From the NCBI GenBank assembly GCA_038129925.1, contig JAYPMN010000001.1, positions 1 to 38,237 of the forward strand: DNA of 38,237 nucleotides. Reading direction: 5' to 3'. The first letter of the stretch is position 1, and every line of letters starts with the position of its first letter. This DNA comes from Flavobacteriaceae bacterium. GTDB taxonomy: Bacteria > Bacteroidota > Bacteroidia > Flavobacteriales > Flavobacteriaceae. A model generated the notes under the pieces. The model saw nothing but the letters and a program-made list of their open reading frames with translations. It was not told the origin of the DNA and ran no database searches. This document shows, in pieces, positions 27,796 through 34,666 of the stretch. Position numbers and translations under genes: made by a program.

Positions 27796-29049
27796 ATGAA
27801 GATACTTTTTAAAAACGCAACCTTAATTAATGAAAAGAGTCCTTTTCACAATCAAAAAAAGGATGTGTTGGTTGTCGATGGGTTACTTACCCAAATAGAA
27901 GATCAGATTGAAGTCGAGGAGGCATCAGTAATCGACAAAAAAGACCTTCATCTTTCATCCGGTTGGTTTGATCCTTGTGTTTCATTTGGAGAGCCAGGTT
28001 ATGAGGAACGCGAAACTCTAGCAAACGGTTTGCTTACCGCTTCAAAAAGTGGGTTTACCCACATCGTACTCAATCCAGATACCAATCCAGCTTTAGATTC
28101 GTTAACAGACGTCAGTCATCTACTCCAACAGTCACAAGGCTTAGCTACTCTAATGCATATCAGCGCTTCCCTTTCAGAGGCTTCAAAGGGAGAAAATCTA
28201 GCTCCTCTTTTTGAAATGCACAAAGCAGGTGCAATTGCCTTTGGAGATTTTAACATCACGCTTAAAAACCCGAATTTGTTGCGGATAGCGCTGGATTATG
28301 TTCAAAGTTTTGACGGCATAATTCAAGCCTATCCACTTGACTCTAATCTGAGTAACGGCGGTCAGATGCATGAGGGAGAGGTGAGTACAAATCTCGGACT
28401 TAAAGCCATACCGCATATCGCAGAAACAAGTACACTAGCTCGTGATATCCAGCTTTTAGAATACACTCAAGGGCGGATGCATATACCCTATATCTCGACT
28501 GCTGAGAGTGTAGAATTGATCAGAAACGCAAAGAAAAAAGGACTTCAAATAAGCTGTGGAGTGGCTGTTGCACATTTACACGCCACTGAGGAAGATCTTG
28601 TGGATTTTGATGCAAATTTTAAGATTACCCCCCCTTTAAGAAGTAGCAAAGATCAGCGAGCACTTAGAGAAGGGCTTTTAGATGGGACCATCGATACAGT
28701 TACTAGCCTACACCAACCTCTAAATCCCGAACTCAAAGATTTGGAGTTTGTTCGTGCGAAAGAAGGCAGTATCGGACTAGAAGCATCATTTGGTATTTTA
28801 CTCAACTACTTCCCTCTAGATAAGGTCATTTTGTTTTTGACAAGAGGTAAAAAAGCTTTTAAAATAAAAGACAGTGGGTTTACACTAGGTGAAACAGCAG
28901 ATTTCACTTTGTTTTCGCCTAAAGGAAGCAGTACACTCGAAAAATCTGATTTATACTCAACCTCAAAAAACTGTCTTTTTCTAGGTAGTACGATTAAAGG
29001 AAAAGTATATGGCTGTTTAAGAAGCAATGCACTTCAACTCAACAATTAA
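27796..29049 (+). CDS. dihydroorotase-like amidohydrolase-fold protein with degenerate active site
   Basis: 417 aa and colinear with class I DHOases. The DLHVHxREPG motif reads DPCVSFGEPG and the DHAPH motif reads SLHQPL. Other His ligands are replaced by Tyr. Confidence 0.8.
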   Translation: MKILFKNATLINEKSPFHNQKKDVLVVDGLLTQIEDQIEVEEASVIDKKDLHLSSGWFDPCVSFGEPGYEERETLANGLLTASKSGFTHIVLNPDTNPALDSLTDVSHLLQQSQGLATLMHISASLSEASKGENLAPLFEMHKAGAIAFGDFNITLKNPNLLRIALDYVQSFDGIIQAYPLDSNLSNGGQMHEGEVSTNLGLKAIPHIAETSTLARDIQLLEYTQGRMHIPYISTAESVELIRNAKKKGLQISCGVAVAHLHATEEDLVDFDANFKITPPLRSSKDQRALREGLLDGTIDTVTSLHQPLNPELKDLEFVRAKEGSIGLEASFGILLNYFPLDKVILFLTRGKKAFKIKDSGFTLGETADFTLFSPKGSSTLEKSDLYSTSKNCLFLGSTIKGKVYGCLRSNALQLNN

Positions 29050-29059
29050 TCCATTTTAA

Positions 29060-29692
29060 ATGCTTGAATATCGTATTCAACACGCAAGTGTCTCTAAAAA
29101 AGAAACCTCACCAGCCATTATCTTGATTCACGGATATGGCAGCCATGCAGACGATTTATTCAGCTTTGCACCGTATTTACCCAAAAACCATACAGTAATC
29201 GCTATACAGGCTCCGTTAGCTATGGGTCCTAACAGTTATGCCTGGTACCCTCTTCAAATGGATCCTTCTGGAGCACCAACCTCAGAAGTTGAAGCCGCCT
29301 GGAATGCGGTACAATTGATCGTTGATACTGTAGATGAACTCATTAAAATTCATAAGCTGGATGCTGATGACATCAGTTTGTTGGGATTTAGTCAAGGGGC
29401 TATATTGAGTTGGGCAATTGCCTACCATCACTCGGACAGAATCAGGAGAATTATAGCTTTAAGCGGTATGGTTCACGAAAGTGTCGACAGCAGCTCGCCT
29501 CCCAATTTTATTGCTTATTCTAGTCATGGCATCAACGATCAAGTCATTCCTATTAGTCTTCCAAGAACCACTATACTCCCCCTGAGTAATGCGAACGAGG
29601 AAATTACTTACAACGAGTTTGAAGACGGTCATAATGTCTCTCAGGAAAATTTTACGCTAATGCTTGCTTGGCTGGACAAAACAAATTTATAG
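29060..29692 (+). CDS. alpha/beta hydrolase, phospholipase/carboxylesterase family
   Basis: 210 aa. It has an IILIHGYG oxyanion region, the GFSQGA nucleophile elbow, and later Asp/His (INDQVIP, EDGHNV). Confidence 0.8.
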   Translation: MLEYRIQHASVSKKETSPAIILIHGYGSHADDLFSFAPYLPKNHTVIAIQAPLAMGPNSYAWYPLQMDPSGAPTSEVEAAWNAVQLIVDTVDELIKIHKLDADDISLLGFSQGAILSWAIAYHHSDRIRRIIALSGMVHESVDSSSPPNFIAYSSHGINDQVIPISLPRTTILPLSNANEEITYNEFEDGHNVSQENFTLMLAWLDKTNL

Positions 29693-30151
29693 CGGATTTA
29701 TTACAGATTCTATAGTCTTAAAGCTATAACCGTCATTCCCTTTTTTATAAGTCAAAAAGGCTTGACCACAATGTTGACTAGAGCGAAATCCTATTAAAAT
29801 CCATTCGTAATTTACCACTTGAATATTATCAATTAAAAAGCGTTCTTCAGGGAGATTTTTAATCAATTCCCCTAAACCTCCTTGGGTATTATATGCCATC
29901 AATTCTGCCTTAATAGGATCAATTTTAACTTTGATCGCCTGATCTCTTTCTATGCTAAAATACTTTTTCACCTCTAAACTGGCTTTTAAATTAGACAGTG
30001 AATCTTTTAACTGAAGTTGTAAACTGTTCTGATTTTGAATTAAACGATCTTGGTGATTTAAAATTTTATTGGTGTTGATCAACTGAAAAAATAAGATGAT
30101 ACAGACAAATAAAAAGAGGTAAAAAACAATTTTGAATTTCATAGTGCTCAA
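29687..30151 (-). CDS. membrane-anchored hypothetical protein
   Basis: 154 aa. It has one N-terminal TM helix (KIVFYLFLFVCIILFFQL), a Q/L-rich probable coiled coil and a small C-terminal domain. Its start overlaps the MBL stop by 4 nt. Confidence 0.5.
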   Translation of the reverse strand: MSTMKFKIVFYLFLFVCIILFFQLINTNKILNHQDRLIQNQNSLQLQLKDSLSNLKASLEVKKYFSIERDQAIKVKIDPIKAELMAYNTQGGLGELIKNLPEERFLIDNIQVVNYEWILIGFRSSQHCGQAFLTYKKGNDGYSFKTIESVINPL

Positions 30152-30918
30152 TTGGATGCTACAGTTAAAGTATCATAGGCTAGGAAAACATTATTGGGAA
30201 GCGTTTTACTCACTTCATCATGAAAGCCCATCAAATGACTGATATGAGTTAGATAAGCTTTTTTGGGCTTAATTTTTTTAATCATTACCAATGCTTCTTC
30301 AAGATTAAGGTGATTGGGGTGAGGTTCAATTCGAAGTGCACTTAAAACCAAAACATCAAGGTTCATTAATTTCTGCTCCTCCTCCTCGGCTATGGTTTTG
30401 ACATCTGTTAAGTAACAAAAGTTGTCGATTCTATAGCCCATAACGCTAAGGGTATTGTGATAAACTTCCACCGGTATTATGGTTTTATTTTTAAACCCAA
30501 AGGGGGTTTGAGAATTAATGATGTGTTGAGCTACTGAAGGGGCGCCTGGGTATTTGTTTACAGAAGAAAAAATATACCCAAAACGAGTCATTAAGTTCTC
30601 CATAACCCGCTTATTACCGTAAACTGAAATAACTCCTTGACGAAAGAAAAAAGGACGGATATCATCTAAACCTGCAGTGTGATCAGCGTGTTCGTGGGTA
30701 AATAAAATACCGTCTAGATGATTGCATTCGGTTCGCAGCATTTGTTGTCGAAAATCAGGTCCACAGTCGATTACCAAACTGGTATTTTCCCATTGAATCA
30801 AAACTGAGACTCGGAGTCTTTTATCTTTTGGATTTTCGCTCAAACAGACCGGATGTTTGCTTCCTATAATCGGTATGCCTTGAGAAGTTCCAGTGCCTAA
30901 AAATTGAATTTTCAACAT
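30148..30918 (-). CDS. MBL-fold metallo-hydrolase (PhnP-like)
   Basis: 256 aa. It has the HEHADH metal-binding motif and downstream His/Asp ligands. Confidence 0.85.
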   Translation of the reverse strand: MLKIQFLGTGTSQGIPIIGSKHPVCLSENPKDKRLRVSVLIQWENTSLVIDCGPDFRQQMLRTECNHLDGILFTHEHADHTAGLDDIRPFFFRQGVISVYGNKRVMENLMTRFGYIFSSVNKYPGAPSVAQHIINSQTPFGFKNKTIIPVEVYHNTLSVMGYRIDNFCYLTDVKTIAEEEEQKLMNLDVLVLSALRIEPHPNHLNLEEALVMIKKIKPKKAYLTHISHLMGFHDEVSKTLPNNVFLAYDTLTVASN

Positions 30919-30925
30919 CTTTGAA

Positions 30926-30933
30926 CAAAGGTA
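30926..30933 (-). promoter_or_regulatory. -7 promoter box TACCTTTG upstream of the MBL hydrolase unit
   Basis: Exact TAnnTTTG 7 nt upstream of ATG 30918. This implies a leaderless mRNA. Confidence 0.4.
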
Positions 30934-30965
30934 CCGTTTTGCTTTTTACATACCATGGAACTTTG

Positions 30966-30973
30966 TATTTTTG
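30966..30973 (+). promoter_or_regulatory. -7 promoter box TATTTTTG upstream of the 477-aa unknown gene
   Basis: Exact TAnnTTTG, 17 nt upstream of ATG 30991. Confidence 0.5.
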
Positions 30974-30990
30974 GGATAACAAAATAAAGA

Positions 30991-32424
30991 ATGAGCGTCA
31001 CAATTAAAGGAGATCACGGTTTCGATAACAAACCTTCCATTGAAGCCAAGGCGCTTCGAATCAATCTCAACCCTTACATCTACGGAACATTTGCTGAAAT
31101 AGGAGCTGGACAAGAAGTTGCCCGTCATTTTTTTAAAGTGGGTGGTTCCTCTGGTACCATCGCCAAAACGATTAGTGCTTACGATAAAAATTTTAGCGAT
31201 ACCATTTACGGTGAAGAAGCCGACGGACGCTATGTTACGGAAACCCGTTTAGACAAAATGATGACGCATGAAATGCGCCTTCTAAAAAAACGAATTCCTA
31301 AAGAAGATCAACCCAATAAAATGTTTTTTACCCTTGCCAATACAGTGGCTACCATTGACTTTGCAAAAAAGTTTAAAGGCCATGGTTGGATGGGTATTCG
31401 TTTTCAAATAGAACCTGAAGGGGCCTACAATCAAATAGTACTCCACGTTCGATTTCACCAAACTGAGGCACGTCTGCAGCAAGAAGCTTTGGGCTTTATG
31501 GGGGTCAACCTTGTCTATGGTGCCTTTTATAAGCATCACAATCCCAAAAAACTCCTACGTTATCTTTACGACGGTATCGATAGTGATGCCATAGAAATAG
31601 ATACCATTAATTTTTCGGGACCACAGTTTAAGTACGTTGACAATCGCCTTATGAGTCTGCAGTTGATTCGAAATGGAATGACTGAAGCTGTAATGTTTGA
31701 TTCTCATGGTAATAATGTACTTCCAGCACGTGTACTTTACAAAAAAAATATACTTGCACTAAGAGGTAGTTTTAGACCAGTTACTAGAGTCAATATCGAT
31801 ATGCTTGAAAAATCTTATGAGGTTTTTACAAAGGAAGAAAATGTAGATGAAAATAAAACAGAGGTCATTTTTGAAATCACCCTTTCCAATCTCAGAGCTC
31901 AAGGAGAGATTGATGAAAAAGACTTTATGGACCGTGCTAAACTTCTCTGTTCACTTGGCCATACTGTAATGATTTCAAACTTTAAGGAATATTACAGATT
32001 AGTCGATTATTTTTCTCACTACACCAAAAAACAGGTTGGTCTATCTATGGGAGTCAGTAATTTTGTAGAGATTTTTGATGAACAATACTATCAAGACTTG
32101 AGCGGGGGGATACTTGAAGCATTTGGAAAAATGTTTTACAACAACCTAAAAGTATACCTCTACCCCATGCGGAATTCGGAAACTGGCAACATCATTGATA
32201 GCAACAATCTGAAACTCCACCCCCGTATGAAGGACTTCTATAAATTCTTTAAATACAATGGGAAAATCGTAGATATATTTGATTATGAAGAAAACTATCT
32301 CAATATATTTTCCAGAAAAATTCTTCAGAAAATTAGAAAGAATGAAAAGGGTTGGGAAGATGACCTTCCCATTGGTATCGCCGAAATGATCAAGAAAAAT
32401 CAAATGTTTGGGTTCAAGTCTTAG
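30991..32424 (+). CDS. soluble 477-aa protein of unknown function
   Basis: A long clean ORF with an ATG start and its own exact -7 box 17 nt upstream. It has no signal peptide or TM helix. There is a Gly-rich block, GTFAEIGAGQEVARHFFKVGGSSGTIAK, near the N-terminus. I cannot assign a family. Confidence 0.8.
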   Translation: MSVTIKGDHGFDNKPSIEAKALRINLNPYIYGTFAEIGAGQEVARHFFKVGGSSGTIAKTISAYDKNFSDTIYGEEADGRYVTETRLDKMMTHEMRLLKKRIPKEDQPNKMFFTLANTVATIDFAKKFKGHGWMGIRFQIEPEGAYNQIVLHVRFHQTEARLQQEALGFMGVNLVYGAFYKHHNPKKLLRYLYDGIDSDAIEIDTINFSGPQFKYVDNRLMSLQLIRNGMTEAVMFDSHGNNVLPARVLYKKNILALRGSFRPVTRVNIDMLEKSYEVFTKEENVDENKTEVIFEITLSNLRAQGEIDEKDFMDRAKLLCSLGHTVMISNFKEYYRLVDYFSHYTKKQVGLSMGVSNFVEIFDEQYYQDLSGGILEAFGKMFYNNLKVYLYPMRNSETGNIIDSNNLKLHPRMKDFYKFFKYNGKIVDIFDYEENYLNIFSRKILQKIRKNEKGWEDDLPIGIAEMIKKNQMFGFKS

Positions 32425-32501
32425 TCCCCCTTTTTATTTTATCGGATTAGGACGCTGTTCTCTTTTATTAGAGGAGCATTTTTTTAGATTTTAAAAATAT
32501 A

Positions 32502-32954
32502 CTACTCCAAAATCTGTGCAGCGTGTTCCTTGGTCTTGACTTTATCAATTACACGTTCTACAATTCCTACTTCATCTATGATAAATGTTTTACGGTGGAT
32601 CCCGTCGTATTCTTTACCCATAAATTTTTTTAATCCCCAGACACCAAAGGCATTGATGACTTCTTTTTCAGTATCAGCAAGTAATGGAAAAGGGAAATTA
32701 AATTTATCAACAAAATTCTTTTGTGCCTTTTCAGTATCAGCACTGACTCCAAGAAGTACGTATCCAGCCTTGGTCAATTCAGAATAATGGTCTCTTAAAT
32801 CGCAAGCCTCAGCAGTACAACCAGGTGTATTTGCTTTAGGATAGAAAAAAACAACCACTTTAGATCCCTTGTATTTGTCTAAGGATTGTGGGTTGCCTAG
32901 GTGATCGTTTACGGTAAATGGAGGTACTTTATCTCCTGCTTTTAATGTATTCAT
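32502..32954 (-). CDS. bcp: thioredoxin-dependent thiol peroxidase (peroxiredoxin Bcp)
   Basis: 150 aa. It has the peroxidatic Cys motif FYPKANTPGCTAEAC. Confidence 0.95.
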   Translation of the reverse strand: MNTLKAGDKVPPFTVNDHLGNPQSLDKYKGSKVVVFFYPKANTPGCTAEACDLRDHYSELTKAGYVLLGVSADTEKAQKNFVDKFNFPFPLLADTEKEVINAFGVWGLKKFMGKEYDGIHRKTFIIDEVGIVERVIDKVKTKEHAAQILE

Positions 32955-32994
32955 AATTCATAGCGTTTTGTATTTTCGAAGATAAAAAATCTCG

Positions 32995-33642
32995 ATGACA
33001 AAAAAAGAAAAAGTCGCTTTTGCCATAGAAACTTTGGAGAGATTATATCCAGAGATTCCAATTCCTTTAGATCATAAAGACCCATATACACTGCTCATAG
33101 CGGTACTGCTCTCAGCTCAAAGTACAGATGCGAGGGTGAACCAAATTACCCCTTTACTTTTTGCCAGGGCCTCTACCCCTGTTGAAATGGTAAAACTAAC
33201 GGTGGAGGAAATTCGAGATATAATACGGCCTGTTGGATTGTCACCAATGAAATCTAAAGGGATACACGGCTTATCGAATATACTACTTAAAAAGCACCAG
33301 GGTTTAGTCCCTCAAGATTTTGATGCTCTAGAGGCCTTGCCTGCCGTCGGTCATAAAACAGCAAGTGTTGTCATGGCACAAGCTTTTGGAGTTCCTGCCT
33401 TTCCTGTAGACACTCATATCCAACGACTGATGTATCGCTGGGGGTTTTCAAACGGAAAAAATGTGGTGCAAACGGAACGCGATGCCAAAAGATTATTTCC
33501 AAAAGAAAAATGGAATGATCTTCACCTACAAATTATATGGTATGGTCGTGAATACAGTCCAGCAAGAGGCTGGGATTTAGAAAGAGACATTATTACTAAA
33601 ACTATTGGTCGTAAGTCTGTTTTAGAAGCTTACAAAAAATAA
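32995..33642 (+). CDS. nth: endonuclease III family DNA glycosylase lacking the Fe-S cluster loop
   Basis: 215 aa. HhH-GPD elements are present: LPAVGHKTASVV (catalytic Lys) and VDTHIQRL (catalytic Asp). The protein contains no cysteine at all. Confidence 0.85.
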   Translation: MTKKEKVAFAIETLERLYPEIPIPLDHKDPYTLLIAVLLSAQSTDARVNQITPLLFARASTPVEMVKLTVEEIRDIIRPVGLSPMKSKGIHGLSNILLKKHQGLVPQDFDALEALPAVGHKTASVVMAQAFGVPAFPVDTHIQRLMYRWGFSNGKNVVQTERDAKRLFPKEKWNDLHLQIIWYGREYSPARGWDLERDIITKTIGRKSVLEAYKK

Positions 33643-33643
33643 T

Positions 33644-33790
33644 CTAGTTTTTCAATAAATCTAAAGCTGAAGAATTTTCTTGTTCTCTAGAATATGCTTT
33701 TGAAAAGGCTAAAATACGATCCACAACGATTTTTCGTGGTTGGTTAGTTTTTTGTCCAAATGATGTATTTGAAGAGTAATTTTTTTCCAT
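33644..33790 (-). CDS. candidate small protein (48 aa) downstream of the sigma factor
   Basis: Hand-translated: MEKNYSSNTSFGQKTNQPRKIVVDRILAFSKAYSREQENSSALDLLKN, ATG at 33790 and TAG at 33644..33646. It is below the track's size cutoff and fills an otherwise empty 194-nt gap 46 nt after the sigma stop. Confidence 0.35.
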   Translation of the reverse strand: MEKNYSSNTSFGQKTNQPRKIVVDRILAFSKAYSREQENSSALDLLKN

Positions 33791-33836
33791 TAAATACTTT
33801 TTATCTCTTTTAACGGTAAAAAAGATAAAAAATTGC

Positions 33837-34427
33837 CTAACTATTTAAAATAATCTGATTTTGTTCTATCAACTTTCTAAGATTGATAATGGCATAACGC
33901 ATTCTTCCTAGGGCAGTGTTGATACTGACATTAGTATTTTCAGCAATTTCTTTAAAGCTCATGTCTCGATATAAACGCATAATCAAAACCTCCTTTTGAT
34001 CTTCTGGAAGCTCTTGAACTAGTTTTTGTAAATCTTTAACTACCTGATCTTGTACCATACTGTGTTCAGCATTTAGAGAATTATCAGAGATGAATTGAAA
34101 AATATCAAACTCTTCAGTATTTCTTACTTTAGGCATACGGTTGTTCTTCCTAAAAAAGTCGATGACCAAATTGTGAGCGATACGCATAATCCAAGGAAGA
34201 AACTTACCTTCTTCATTGTATTTACCACTTTTAATTGTTTTAATAACTTTTACAAAAGTGTCTTGAAATATATCCTCCGCAGTATCACGATCTTGAACTT
34301 TAGAATTGATAAAATTAAAGACTCGAGCTTGGTGTCGGTTGACGAGGTTTTCCAATGCTAGCTCAGAACCGTTGCAGTACTGATCAACTAATGCAGAATC
34401 TGAAAGGGTATTAGTGTTTGTTTTCAT
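33837..34427 (-). CDS. RNA polymerase sigma-70 family factor, ECF-type
   Basis: 196 aa. Region 2 is DIFQDTFVKV...FLPWIMRIAHNLVIDFFRK. Region 4 is the HTH, SFKEIAENTNVSINTALGRMRYA. Confidence 0.85.
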   Translation of the reverse strand: MKTNTNTLSDSALVDQYCNGSELALENLVNRHQARVFNFINSKVQDRDTAEDIFQDTFVKVIKTIKSGKYNEEGKFLPWIMRIAHNLVIDFFRKNNRMPKVRNTEEFDIFQFISDNSLNAEHSMVQDQVVKDLQKLVQELPEDQKEVLIMRLYRDMSFKEIAENTNVSINTALGRMRYAIINLRKLIEQNQIILNS

Positions 34428-34490
34428 AAATAAAATTACTTAGGCCAATAGCCATTAAAAAAACCGGAATTTCTTCAAGTAATTTTATTT
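34428..34490 (-). promoter_or_regulatory. leader stem-loop: 14-bp perfect inverted repeat abutting the sigma-factor start codon
   Basis: Plus-strand arms AAATAAAATTACTT (34428..34441) and AAGTAATTTTATTT (34477..34490) are exact reverse complements with a 35-nt spacer. On the mRNA the 3' arm ends directly at the AUG. Confidence 0.45.
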
Positions 34491-34512
34491 TATATGCATA
34501 CACTTTAGTATG

Positions 34513-34520
34513 CAAATATA
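34513..34520 (-). promoter_or_regulatory. -7 promoter box TATATTTG upstream of the sigma-factor gene
   Basis: Exact TAnnTTTG, 85 nt upstream of ATG 34427. The predicted leader contains the 14-bp inverted repeat listed next. Confidence 0.4.
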
Positions 34521-34666
34521 CATTTTTTTATTTATATATCATTTTGTGGCATTTTTTTAGAGTAAAATCAAGACTTCAAGTATTTGTTGTTTATCGTTCG
34601 ATCCATTCTGAATCTCAAAGGATTTAAAACTTAAAAATTGTAAATTGTCGACCTTTTATAAACGCT

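Noticed and set aside
32454-32485. A possible bidirectional intrinsic terminator between the 477-aa gene and bcp (TTCTCT-tttatt-AGAGGA followed by GCATTTTTTT).
   Set aside because: The stem is only 6 bp, includes a G-U pair and has only 2 G-C pairs. Extension needs an internal loop. The T-run is suggestive, but the hairpin is too weak to call with confidence.
33800-33829. An imperfect A/U-rich hairpin (TTATCTcTTTT-aacggt-AAAAAAGATAA) between the sigma stop and the small ORF.
   Set aside because: The stem needs a bulge, is almost pure A-U and has no downstream U-tract on the transcribed strand. That is insufficient to call a terminator or regulatory element.
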